A DNA stretch of 64,000 nucleotides from Escherichia coli (GTDB lineage Bacteria > Pseudomonadota > Gammaproteobacteria > Enterobacterales > Enterobacteriaceae), in assembly GCF_013315695.1 (NCBI RefSeq), contig NZ_CP054353.1, one strand, 5' to 3'. This document shows, one piece after another, positions 49,284 through 61,088 of this stretch. How positions within the stretch are numbered: the stretch's first letter is position 1; every line of letters begins with the position of its first letter. Position numbers and translations under genes: made by a program. Below the pieces are notes generated by a model. It had not been told where the DNA came from, made no database searches, and worked only from the letters and a program-made list of their open reading frames with translations.

Positions 49284-50105
49284 TTAGAAATCCTGTTTTA
49301 CTTTATCCATCGTTAAAACTTTACTTATTATATAAGGATCATAATTTCTTATACTCATAAGGCAATTTATCAAATTGGAAACGTGGCTATCATCAGGTAT
49401 AAGTATATATTTAATATCATCGAAAGAAAAACCAATGCCAAATTCAGAGAATTTTTTACTTAAGACGGCCTTCTGGTTAGGTTCCACCACTCGCTCTAAA
49501 TTTAGGCTAGGCCATAAATCGCCAACAAACGGATGCGGTACATATCTCCATTCTTTTTCGTCAGCGTAGATATAATTCTCAATGGTTTTTTCGTTCGTCC
49601 TTTCTAATTTCCCTTTATAATTTTTCATATAGCGTAATAAATTATAAAGGTCAGCGTACTCTTCTTTAAGGCTTTCAAAATACTTACGCTCTTTATTATC
49701 AAGGATATGCCTTTTCGACCATAGCGGAATTAACGCATCCTTTAGTTTTCTAATTCTTTTATTATACTTTGAAAATAATTCACTGCCTTGATTCATGTAT
49801 AGAACGGGATGGAGATCATTTTTCTCAGCCCATTCTTTTGTTAACCCAAATCCAAATTCACCATATTTTCCACTATGATCTTTAATCTGAGAAAGCTTGA
49901 TGTCACAGAATGAAACCATTGGTACTGCGAAATTTCTTCTTCCTTTTACTCCGACTATGCGTTCACGGGCAAGAAATGGTTTAAAATAGAGTTCTGTTAA
50001 AATGCTATAGAATGCCTCTTCATTTTTAGTAAAGTGAAACAACGTTGTTGGATGTAAACTATTAACTGCTTGTATAACTGTTTCTTGGTTTTCTATAGCA
50101 CTCAT
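49284..50105 (-). CDS. AT-rich hypothetical protein (273 aa), possible abortive-infection or defence-associated protein
   Basis: Clean ORF convergent with the NTPase gene; no family identified with certainty from sequence alone (LFHFTKNEEAFYSIL N-terminal motif). Confidence 0.6.
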   Translation of the reverse strand: MSAIENQETVIQAVNSLHPTTLFHFTKNEEAFYSILTELYFKPFLARERIVGVKGRRNFAVPMVSFCDIKLSQIKDHSGKYGEFGFGLTKEWAEKNDLHPVLYMNQGSELFSKYNKRIRKLKDALIPLWSKRHILDNKERKYFESLKEEYADLYNLLRYMKNYKGKLERTNEKTIENYIYADEKEWRYVPHPFVGDLWPSLNLERVVEPNQKAVLSKKFSEFGIGFSFDDIKYILIPDDSHVSNLINCLMSIRNYDPYIISKVLTMDKVKQDF

Positions 50106-50512
50106 ATATTAACTGTTCCATAGTGTAAAACCTGACTTAGCAAAGGTTATCATACTAGTCTTTGTACTGTAAGCACACTTGGTTTAATTCCACGCACTTT
50201 TTGAGATTTCCGGTTTTTTGATCTCTTACCAAAATCTATGCCAGATTGAATCAAAGGTCCGAGCTGGGTCACCAAAAAAAGTAAAATTATGCACTTTGAT
50301 AGATTATATTTTAACTAAATTCTTTACAGTTAAATCATTTCTTATGCCTTAGTTTCTGATAAAAAAGGTTTTTTTTCACGATTTATAAGTATCAGGTTAT
50401 GTGAACCGTTCTGATTTGTCGTTAAAACAATAGGTTATATTGTTTTAAGGTGGATGATTAAAGCATCTGCCAGCCATAAAAAAGAAGCCTCCGTTTTGGA
50501 GGCTTCTACATA

Positions 50513-50794
50513 TCAAGTCAAAATCATTGGCCATTGTGGCGGTGTCTGATTCATCTCTTCTATCATCACCGACTCGATGTTGTGCCAGATGGCGGTGATA
50601 TCCGCCATTGTGATGCCAAGCAACCCCATTGCGAACCAGCAGGCAGAAACCACGCCCAGACCGCTGCTGATCACTGCAAGCCCGACATAATCAGACCGAC
50701 GAAAACGGATGTTGAGTGTGCTGGCCAGAAACATCATTACGGCACTAAGAAGTTGCCAGCGAAGAAGAACCACGCCAGTGGTGAGGGTAGCCAT
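50513..50794 (-). CDS. yjcB: small inner membrane protein YjcB
   Basis: 93-aa hydrophobic protein starting MATLTTGVVLLRWQLLSAVMMFLA; hairpin terminator aagcctccgttttggaggctt downstream. Confidence 0.85.
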   Translation of the reverse strand: MATLTTGVVLLRWQLLSAVMMFLASTLNIRFRRSDYVGLAVISSGLGVVSACWFAMGLLGITMADITAIWHNIESVMIEEMNQTPPQWPMILT

Positions 50795-51223
50795 CAAACA
50801 ATTCCTCTGAAAAGAGCCGATGCCTCGGACAGCGCGGCGTTGTTCACGGGAGGCGTGATACAATCTGGCTATCGCGGGGCTTGCAGAACACAAAAAAGAA
50901 ACACTCTGTTTGTTTCATTAATTTTGTGAACTATATCACAATTGATTGTTTGTTAGCCAGATTAGGCCGTGACTTTTATTGCCGTACAGATTATGTGTTT
51001 TTTCAGCGGCATTAAGGGTATATCTTCCCACCGCCTCTGCATTCCTGTAGGAAATTAGTTTTGAATATCAATGAATTATTTTTATTCAGGTGACGATTAA
51101 AAAGGTATCAATTTCAAATCAGGCAAAAGTGCTATTTATACCGTAAGATTTATCTAAAGACGTCGATAACCAGGGTTCTCGCCTTGCAATGACCGGGTAT
51201 AAACAAGCAGGAAATTGATAGCA

Positions 51224-52810
51224 ATGAGTCATCGTGCACGACACCAATTACTGGCGTTGCCGGGCATTATCTTTTTAGTTCTCTTTCCCATCATTCTGTC
51301 GCTATGGATTGCCTTCTTTTGGGCAAAATCAGAAGTGAATAATCAGCTCCGAACCTTTGCTCAGCTGGCGTTGGATAAATCTGAGCTGGTCATTCGTCAG
51401 GCAGATTTAGTGAGCGATGCAGCTGAACGCTATCAGGGGCAAGTTTGCACCCCAGCCCATCAAAAGCGAATGTTGAATATTATTCGTGGCTATCTTTATA
51501 TTAATGAATTGATCTATGCCCGTGATAACCATTTTTTATGCTCATCGCTGATAGCGCCTGTAAACGGCTATACGATTGCACCGGCCGATTATAAGCGTGA
51601 ACCTAACGTTTCTATCTATTATTACCGCGATACGCCTTTTTTCTCTGGCTATAAAATGACCTATATGCAGCGGGGAAATTATGTGGCGGTCATCAACCCT
51701 CTCTTCTGGAGTGAAGTGATGTCTGATGATCCGACATTGCAATGGGGTGTATATGATACGGTAACGAAAACCTTTTTCTCGTTAAGCAACGAGGCCTCGG
51801 CAGCAACGTTTTCTCCACTGATTCATTTGAAGGATTTAACTGTACAAAGAAATGGCTATTTATATGCGACAGTTTATTCGACAAAACGCCCAATTGCGGC
51901 CATTGTTGCGACTTCATATCAACGTCTTATAGCGCATTTTTATAATCATCTTATTTTTGCGTTACCCGCCGGTATTTTGGGGAGTCTTGTTCTGCTATTA
52001 CTCTGGCTACGTATTCGACAAAACTATTTGTCTCCCAAACGCAAATTGCAACGCGCCCTCGAAAAACATCAACTTTGCCTTTATTACCAGCCAATAATCA
52101 ATATCAAAACAGAAAAATGTATCGGGGCTGAAGCATTGTTACGTTGGCCTGGTGAGCAGGGGCAAGTAATGAATCCGGCAGAGTTTATTCCGCTGGCAGA
52201 AAAGGAGGGGATGATCGGACAGGTAACTGATTATGTTATTGATAATGTCTTCCGCGATCTGGGCGCATACCTGGCAACACATGCCGATCGCTATGTTTCT
52301 ATTAACCTGTCGGCCTCCGATTTTCATACGTCACGGTTGATAGCGCGAACCAATCAGAAAACAGAGCAATACGCGGTGCGTCCACAGCAAATTAAATTTG
52401 AAGTGACTGAACATGCATTTCTTGATGTCGACAAAATGACACCAATTATTCTGGCTTTCCGCCAGGCTGGTTACGAAGTGGCAATTGATGATTTTGGTAT
52501 TGGCTACTCTAACTTGCATAACCTTAAATCATTGAATGTCGATATTTTGAAAATCGATAAATCGTTTGTTGAGACGCTGACCACCCATAAAACCAGTCAT
52601 TTGATTGCGGAACACATCATCGAGCTGGCGCACAGTCTGGGGTTAAAAACGATCGCTGAAGGCGTCGAAACTGAGGAACAGGTTAACTGGCTGCGCAAAC
52701 GCGGCGTGCGCTATTGCCAGGGATGGTTCTTTGCGAAGGCGATGCCGCCGCAGGTGTTTATGCAATGGATGGAGCAATTACCCGCGCGGGAGTTAACGCG
52801 CGGGCAATAA
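51224..52810 (+). CDS. pdeC: c-di-GMP phosphodiesterase (CSS sensor domain plus EAL)
   Basis: 528-aa protein starting [19 protein letters not shown]; EAL-domain motifs ([20 protein letters not shown]). Confidence 0.92.
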
Positions 52811-52812
52811 AA

Positions 52813-53136
52813 CTACAGGCGGTGGCGATAATCGCTTGGAGTGCGATCAAACTGCCGACGGAAAACGCGGGAGAAGGTCTGCTGCGAGACATAACCCAGG
52901 TCCATTGCGATATCAAAAATCGGACGCTCGGTGGTGCGCAACTCAACGGCGGCCAGTAACAGGCGGCGTTGGCGAATGTAATCACCAAGTGTCTGATGCG
53001 TCACCGTGCGGAACATCCGCTGTAAGTACCACTTTGAATAGCCTGATTTTTTTGCGACGACATCAATGTTAAGCGGCTGGTCAATATGCTCGTCAATCCA
53101 TGCGATAAGATCCTGAATAATTTTCTGATGGGACAT
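52813..53136 (-). CDS. soxS: superoxide-response AraC-family activator SoxS
   Basis: 107-aa protein MSHQKIIQDLIAWIDEHIDQPLNIDVVAKKSGYSKWYLQRMFR. Confidence 0.97.
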   Translation of the reverse strand: MSHQKIIQDLIAWIDEHIDQPLNIDVVAKKSGYSKWYLQRMFRTVTHQTLGDYIRQRRLLLAAVELRTTERPIFDIAMDLGYVSQQTFSRVFRRQFDRTPSDYRHRL

Positions 53137-53192
53137 AAATCTGCCTCTTTTCAGTGTTCAGTTCGTTAATTCATCTGTTGGGGAGTATAATT

Positions 53193-53210
53193 CCTCAAGT
53201 TAACTTGAGG
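53193..53210. promoter_or_regulatory. SoxR operator in the soxS promoter
   Basis: Perfect palindrome CCTCAAGTTAACTTGAGG between divergent soxS and soxR. Confidence 0.85.
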
Positions 53211-53221
53211 TAAAGCGATTT

Positions 53222-53686
53222 ATGGAAAAGAAATTACCCCGCATTAAAGCGCTGCTAACCCCCGGCGAAGTGGCGAAACGCAGCGGTGTGGCGGTATCGG
53301 CGCTGCATTTCTATGAAAGCAAAGGGTTGATTAGCAGTATCCGTAATAGTGGCAATCAGCGGCGATATAAACGTGATGTGTTGCGATATGTCGCAATCAT
53401 CAAAATTGCTCAGCGTATTGGCATTCCGCTGGCGACCATTCGTGAAGCATTTGGCGTGTTGCCCGAAGGGCATACATTAAGTGCGAAAGAGTGGAAACAG
53501 CTTTCGTCCCAATGGCGAGAAGAGTTGGATCGGCGCATTCATACCTTAGTGGCGCTGCGTGACGAACTGGACGGATGTATTGGTTGTGGCTGCCTTTCGC
53601 GCAGTGATTGCCCATTGCGTAACCCGGGCGACCGCTTAGGAGAAGAAGGCACAGGCGCACGCTTGCTGGAAGATGAACAAAACTAA
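53222..53686 (+). CDS. soxR: redox-sensing MerR-family regulator SoxR
   Basis: 154-aa protein with the C-terminal [2Fe-2S] motif [12 protein letters not shown]. Confidence 0.97.
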   Translation: MEKKLPRIKALLTPGEVAKRSGVAVSALHFYESKGLISSIRNSGNQRRYKRDVLRYVAIIKIAQRIGIPLATIREAFGVLPEGHTLSAKEWKQLSSQWREELDRRIHTLVALRDELDGCIGCGCLSRSDCPLRNPGDRLGEEGTGARLLEDEQN

Positions 53687-53820
53687 AGCGCCACAAGGGC
53701 GCTTTAGTTTGTTTTCCGGTCTTTGTCTTTCTCTCTATCCCGCTGGTACACAGGAGGGTTTCCCCCGACGTCAACACACCTCATTCGAGCACGTGGTGGA
53801 GGTTCCGGTTGGTGTTGATG
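53680..53820 (-). ncRNA. ryjA: possible small RNA RyjA, antisense at the soxR 3' end (placement approximate)
   Basis: From K-12 gene order only; a hairpin aaagcgcc-acaa-gggcgcttt at about 53686..53710 could act as a terminator in either direction. No direct sequence proof. Confidence 0.3.
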
Positions 53821-54231
53821 CTTTAATTGTATGTTACCGGCGTTTCTTCGCCAGTGTAAAAGTACACTTTTTAGCCGCAATATTTTTGTCATCTCAGACG
53901 ATTTTTTATCGCAATCCTGAACGGTATACGGTTCGATAACGCTGCAATCTTGCGCATCGACGATAACGTTTGCGCATCAATTGCCTGGTTTTTCATCGTC
54001 AAGACAATAAAAGAGAAAAAAGCAGCAAACTTCGGTTGAAAAAGCCGCTATGATCGCCGGATAATCGTTTGCTTTTTTTACCACCCGTTTTGTATGCGCG
54101 GAGCTAAACGTTTGCTTTTTTGCGACGCACCAATTTGTCGCAAACCTGGAGCAGGAAGATAACGTTTCGCTGGCAGGGGATTGTCCGCCACGCATCTTGA
54201 CGAAAATTAAACTCTCAGGGGATGTTTTCTT

Positions 54232-55581
54232 ATGTCTACGCCATCAGCGCGTACCGGCGGTTCACTCGACGCCTGGTTTAAAATTTCACAACGTGGAAGC
54301 ACTGTCCGTCAGGAAGTGGTTGCCGGGTTAACAACGTTTCTGGCGATGGTCTACTCGGTTATCGTCGTTCCAGGCATGTTGGGTAAAGCGGGCTTCCCGC
54401 CTGCGGCAGTTTTCGTTGCGACCTGTCTGGTTGCCGGACTCGGTTCTATCGTGATGGGTCTGTGGGCTAATCTGCCGTTGGCGATTGGTTGCGCCATCTC
54501 CCTGACGGCGTTTACCGCATTCAGTCTGGTGCTGGGGCAACATATTAGCGTACCTGTCGCGCTGGGTGCCGTGTTCCTGATGGGTGTGCTGTTTACGGTC
54601 ATTTCTGCCACGGGTATCCGTAGCTGGATTTTGCGCAACTTGCCGCACGGTGTGGCGCACGGCACGGGGATCGGTATCGGTCTGTTCCTGCTGCTGATTG
54701 CTGCGAATGGTGTCGGTCTGGTGATTAAAAACCCGCTTGATGGTCTGCCCGTTGCGCTGGGTGATTTCACGACCTTTCCGGTGATGATGTCACTGGTAGG
54801 TCTGGCGGTGATCATCGGCCTGGAAAAACTGAAAGTCCCTGGTGGCATTCTGCTGACCATTATCGGTATCTCAATTGTCGGTTTGATCTTCGATCCTAAC
54901 GTCCATTTCTCCGGCGTTTTCGCTATGCCTTCATTGAGCGATGAAAACGGCAATTCACTGATTGGCAGCCTGGATATTATGGGCGCGCTGAATCCTGTAG
55001 TCCTGCCAAGCGTTCTGGCGCTGGTGATGACGGCAGTATTTGATGCCACCGGAACTATCCGCGCCGTCGCCGGTCAGGCGAACCTGCTGGATAAAGACGG
55101 GCAGATCATCGACGGCGGGAAAGCACTGACCACTGACTCCATGAGTAGCGTTTTCTCTGGCCTGGTGGGTGCAGCTCCGGCAGCGGTATACATCGAGTCT
55201 GCGGCGGGTACGGCGGCGGGCGGTAAAACCGGGTTGACGGCTATCACCGTTGGCGTGCTGTTCCTGCTGATTCTGTTCCTCTCTCCGCTCTCTTACCTCG
55301 TTCCGGGGTACGCAACGGCTCCGGCGTTGATGTACGTTGGCCTGCTGATGCTGAGCAACGTGGCGAAAATCGACTTTGCTGATTTTGTTGATGCGATGGC
55401 GGGTCTGGTTACGGCGGTATTCATCGTGCTGACCTGTAACATCGTAACAGGCATCATGATCGGCTTCGCGACTCTGGTGATTGGTCGTCTGGTTTCCGGC
55501 GAATGGCGCAAGTTGAACATCGGTACGGTCGTTATTGCCGTGGCGCTGGTGACCTTCTATGCGGGTGGCTGGGCTATCTAA
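54232..55581 (+). CDS. ghxP: guanine/hypoxanthine permease (NCS2 family)
   Basis: 449-aa polytopic membrane protein; synteny (yjcD). Confidence 0.92.
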   Translation: MSTPSARTGGSLDAWFKISQRGSTVRQEVVAGLTTFLAMVYSVIVVPGMLGKAGFPPAAVFVATCLVAGLGSIVMGLWANLPLAIGCAISLTAFTAFSLVLGQHISVPVALGAVFLMGVLFTVISATGIRSWILRNLPHGVAHGTGIGIGLFLLLIAANGVGLVIKNPLDGLPVALGDFTTFPVMMSLVGLAVIIGLEKLKVPGGILLTIIGISIVGLIFDPNVHFSGVFAMPSLSDENGNSLIGSLDIMGALNPVVLPSVLALVMTAVFDATGTIRAVAGQANLLDKDGQIIDGGKALTTDSMSSVFSGLVGAAPAAVYIESAAGTAAGGKTGLTAITVGVLFLLILFLSPLSYLVPGYATAPALMYVGLLMLSNVAKIDFADFVDAMAGLVTAVFIVLTCNIVTGIMIGFATLVIGRLVSGEWRKLNIGTVVIAVALVTFYAGGWAI

Positions 55582-55618
55582 TCTTACATAGGATTCTGAA
55601 AACGGGTGGCAATGGCTG

Positions 55619-57044
55619 TAATGCCAGTCAGTTAAGCAACTGACTGGCTCTTTTTCGGGGCTGTGGGGTATTTCCAGGGCCTCTCCTTTACCACTCTCGG
55701 GAAGGCCCTTTCCCTTCTTGTCGGTAATTTCACAAGTTGTCCCATACTTGCAAGATCGCGCATCAGCTCCGGTATACGTCCCGGTGAAGCGCCCTGCAAT
55801 GTCATCAGCATTCTCATCACCATTCCGCATGATTCTGAGAAACTCAGTTGATTCGGCCAGTAACCTTTCAGATGTTCCGCCATTTTAATCATCTGATATC
55901 TCACCAGATTATAAGCCAGTAAGACACCCCACAGCTCTTGCTCCACAAGCTCCGGTTTTTTACTTCTCAGCGTCAGCCTGCTCAGTTGCATCGTCTGTTT
56001 TATCTCCCTGTATCCCAGTTCGATTTCCCAGCGATGACTGTACAGATCCGCCATTTCTCCTCCGGGGAAGCGCATGGCGTCCGTCATCGACGTCAGCAGA
56101 TGGCAGACTTTTCCTTTGCGCGTCACGGTCAGCAGGCGGGCTGTCACTTCATTTCCCAGTCCCGGCCACTTTTTTCGTGCCTGCGGGCTGGTTTTCAGCT
56201 TCACCAGATGATCGCCTTTACCCAGTTTTCTGATCTCTTCATATTGCGCTCCCTTTCTGAGAGGTATCATCCAGTGGCGGTGTTCTCCCGCCAGGCTCCA
56301 GGCATTTAACAGTCCCAGTGAGTAATAACCTTTATCCATTAACGTCAGAGTGTTATCGCCGGTTTGTTCTATAAGTTGCTCAGCAAGCTCATTTTCGCTG
56401 TTCTTCATCGTGCCGAAGGCTGCAGCCGTCAGCAGATGGCTGGTCAGTTCCATCTGGCAGACCATTTTGACCTGCGGGTAGAGCGCCGGGTTCCCGGCAT
56501 GTGTCTGGCGGGGGAAGGCTGCATCGTTCTCTGGTGTATCCGGTGTGCGCCAGAACACACCATCGATGGCCAGCAGGGTCAGGCCGCACCAGTGCGGATG
56601 CGGCGTGGCGTTATGCCAGAGCTGCGCTGTTTTCGTGAACACGCGGCGGACAGCCTCACTTCCCAGGCGCTGGCGGGCCTGAATAACGGCACTGGGGGCA
56701 ACGAAGGGGCGATTGCCCGGCAGCATGATGTCCAGGCGATTCACAATCTGGTGAAGAGGTTCTTTACGCTCAAGCGCCATGCCAACAATACACCAGACCA
56801 TCATTTCGAGGGGAAGACGGCGCTTGCGTAGCGTTACAGTACCTGATTCGGCAAGGCAACGAGAGATGAGTTCGGGGTCGAGGTAATCCCCCAGAGAAGT
56901 CAGTGGGTTACGCAGAGAATCGTAACGGGATACCAGATCAAGAGCCTGTCCAATGTGCATAAAAAAATCCGGAAACAAGTGAGCGTTTCCGGATTCTTAC
57001 ACAGCCACTGGATCGGTCAACTGATCCTTAACTGATCGGCATTA
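55619..57044 (-). mobile_element. IS4 insertion sequence (1426 bp) with 13-bp target duplication GTGGCAATGGCTG
   Basis: Imperfect terminal inverted repeats TAATGCCAGTCAGTTAAGCA / TAATGCCGATCAGTTAAGGA; direct repeat at 55606..55618 and 57045..57057; encodes a DDE transposase. Confidence 0.9.
55632..56960 (-). CDS. insG: IS4 transposase
   Basis: About 442-aa DDE transposase ([16 protein letters not shown]...); the track ORF extends 6 codons further upstream. Confidence 0.9.
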   Translation of the reverse strand: MHIGQALDLVSRYDSLRNPLTSLGDYLDPELISRCLAESGTVTLRKRRLPLEMMVWCIVGMALERKEPLHQIVNRLDIMLPGNRPFVAPSAVIQARQRLGSEAVRRVFTKTAQLWHNATPHPHWCGLTLLAIDGVFWRTPDTPENDAAFPRQTHAGNPALYPQVKMVCQMELTSHLLTAAAFGTMKNSENELAEQLIEQTGDNTLTLMDKGYYSLGLLNAWSLAGEHRHWMIPLRKGAQYEEIRKLGKGDHLVKLKTSPQARKKWPGLGNEVTARLLTVTRKGKVCHLLTSMTDAMRFPGGEMADLYSHRWEIELGYREIKQTMQLSRLTLRSKKPELVEQELWGVLLAYNLVRYQMIKMAEHLKGYWPNQLSFSESCGMVMRMLMTLQGASPGRIPELMRDLASMGQLVKLPTRRERAFPRVVKERPWKYPTAPKKSQSVA

Positions 57045-57170
57045 GTGGCAATGGCTGCCCGTTTTTATTTTCTCCGCACATTGTGTGAGCTTTTGCGATA
57101 TTCTGAAAAAATGAGAATTCAGGCATAACGCCTTTCTCAGATCATAAAAAACATCGCAAACAGGGAACGC

Positions 57171-58820
57171 ATGGAAATCTTCTTCACCATACTGATAATG
57201 ACCCTCGTGGTCTCGCTGTCCGGGGTGGTCACTCGTGTCATGCCCTTTCAGATCCCGCTTCCGCTTATGCAAATCGCCATCGGTGCGCTACTGGCGTGGC
57301 CGACGTTTGGTTTGCATGTGGAGTTTGATCCTGAACTCTTTTTAGTCTTGTTTATCCCGCCGTTGCTGTTCGCTGATGGCTGGAAAACGCCGACCCGTGA
57401 ATTTCTCGAACATGGGCGAGAGATTTTCGGCCTCGCGCTGGCGCTGGTGGTGGTCACCGTGGTCGGCATTGGCTTCCTTATTTACTGGGTGGTGCCGGGC
57501 ATTCCGCTGATCCCCGCCTTTGCGCTGGCGGCGGTGCTTTCTCCGACCGATGCTGTGGCGCTCTCCGGGATTGTTGGCGAAGGGCGCATCCCGAAAAAAA
57601 TCATGGGCATTTTGCAGGGCGAAGCGTTGATGAATGACGCCTCTGGCCTGGTGTCGTTGAAGTTTGCCGTAGCAGTGGCGATGGGGACGATGATCTTCAC
57701 CGTCGGTGGTGCGACGGTCGAATTTATGAAAGTGGCCATTGGCGGTATTCTCGCCGGTTTTGTGGTGAGCTGGCTGTACGGTCGCTCGCTGCGATTCCTC
57801 AGCCGCTGGGGCGGTGATGAACCCGCGACGCAGATCGTCCTGCTGTTCCTGCTGCCATTCGCTTCTTATCTGATTGCCGAACATATTGGCGTTTCCGGTA
57901 TCCTCGCTGCGGTTGCCGCCGGGATGACCATCACCCGCTCCGGTGTGATGCGCCGTGCGCCGCTGGCAATGCGCCTGCGCGCAAACAGTACCTGGGCGAT
58001 GCTGGAATTTGTCTTTAACGGCATGGTATTCCTGCTGTTAGGTCTGCAGCTGCCGGGTATTCTGGAGACATCGCTGATGGCGGCAGAAATCGACCCTAAC
58101 GTCGAAATCTGGATGCTGTTTACCGATATCATTCTGATTTATGCGGCGCTGATGCTGGTCCGTTTCGGCTGGCTGTGGACGATGAAAAAGTTCAGCAACC
58201 GCTTCCTGAAGAAGAAGCCGATGGAGTTTGGTTCGTGGACCACACGAGAAATCCTGATCGCGTCTTTCGCCGGGGTGCGTGGGGCGATCACTCTGGCTGG
58301 TGTGCTCTCTATCCCGCTGCTCTTGCCGGATGGTAACGTCTTCCCGGCGCGCTATGAGCTGGTATTCCTGGCGGCTGGTGTCATTCTCTTCTCGCTGTTT
58401 GTCGGCGTGGTGATGTTGCCTATTCTGCTACAACACATTGAAGTCGCGGACCATTCGCAACAATTGAAAGAGGAACGTATTGCGCGAGCGGCAACGGCAG
58501 AAGTGGCGATTGTGGCGATCCAGAAAATGGAGGAGCGTCTGGCGGCGGATACCGAAGAGAATATCGATAACCAGCTGCTCACAGAGGTTAGTTCTCGCGT
58601 CATTGGTAACCTGCGTCGTCGCGCCGATGGACGTAACGACGTTGAAAGTTCCGTGCAGGAAGAGAACCTTGAGCGTCGCTTCCGTCTGGCGGCATTGCGT
58701 TCTGAACGTGCTGAACTGTACCACCTGCGCGCCACGCGGGAGATCAGCAACGAAACGCTGCAAAAATTACTGCACGATCTCGATTTGCTTGAAGCGTTGT
58801 TGATTGAAGAGAACCAATAA
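57171..58820 (+). CDS. yjcE: Na+/H+ exchanger family protein (CPA1)
   Basis: 549-aa membrane protein with a charged C-terminal tail; synteny. Confidence 0.9.
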   Translation: MEIFFTILIMTLVVSLSGVVTRVMPFQIPLPLMQIAIGALLAWPTFGLHVEFDPELFLVLFIPPLLFADGWKTPTREFLEHGREIFGLALALVVVTVVGIGFLIYWVVPGIPLIPAFALAAVLSPTDAVALSGIVGEGRIPKKIMGILQGEALMNDASGLVSLKFAVAVAMGTMIFTVGGATVEFMKVAIGGILAGFVVSWLYGRSLRFLSRWGGDEPATQIVLLFLLPFASYLIAEHIGVSGILAAVAAGMTITRSGVMRRAPLAMRLRANSTWAMLEFVFNGMVFLLLGLQLPGILETSLMAAEIDPNVEIWMLFTDIILIYAALMLVRFGWLWTMKKFSNRFLKKKPMEFGSWTTREILIASFAGVRGAITLAGVLSIPLLLPDGNVFPARYELVFLAAGVILFSLFVGVVMLPILLQHIEVADHSQQLKEERIARAATAEVAIVAIQKMEERLAADTEENIDNQLLTEVSSRVIGNLRRRADGRNDVESSVQEENLERRFRLAALRSERAELYHLRATREISNETLQKLLHDLDLLEALLIEENQ

Positions 58821-58836
58821 CGCTTGGCGGTGTAAT

Positions 58837-58872
58837 CGGTAAAAAGGTGCAGTACATCGCACCTTTTTACCG
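58837..58872. terminator. bidirectional terminator between convergent yjcE and actP
   Basis: cggtaaaaaggtgc-agtacatc-gcacctttttaccg hairpin with A/T runs on both arms. Confidence 0.75.
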
Positions 58873-58901
58873 TTGGTCAGGTGACCAGAGGCTAGTGGAG
58901 A

Positions 58902-60862
<1,961 letters not shown>

Positions 60863-61035
60863 CACAGATTCTCCAGAGGTTCCCCGTCGTCTTTCACGCC
60901 GCAGGTTCGTCAGCCGCACTCGCCTCCCCCAGTCACATAGTTTTCTATGCTCCTGGGGAGATGCTCGCTTGCTTCCTTCCTGCAACGCGAAATACTTAGG
61001 GGAATTTTTATATTTGCCCTTTCCCACTATAAAGA

Positions 61036-61082
61036 AAGGGGCGTGTAGACCGGATAAGGCGTTATACGCCGCATCCGGCAAT
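61036..61082. repeat. REP element downstream of acs
   Basis: gtagaccggataaggcgttatacgccgcatccggca palindrome. Confidence 0.75.
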
Positions 61083-61088
61083 TGTGGG

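Larger units (their letters stand above)
38590..50470 (+). mobile_element. genomic island inserted between ssb and yjcB: tyrosine-recombinase trio plus AT-rich cargo (boundaries approximate)
   Basis: Gene content absent from the K-12 ssb-yjcB interval; three tandem tyrosine recombinases at the ssb-proximal end; cargo GC far below the flanking core genome. Exact ends and att sites were not determined. Confidence 0.8.

Noticed and set aside
54351-55830. 232-aa and 291-aa minus-strand ORFs across ghxP and the IS4 left end
   Set aside because: Antisense to ghxP; the longer one crosses the IS4 boundary, which a real gene would not do.
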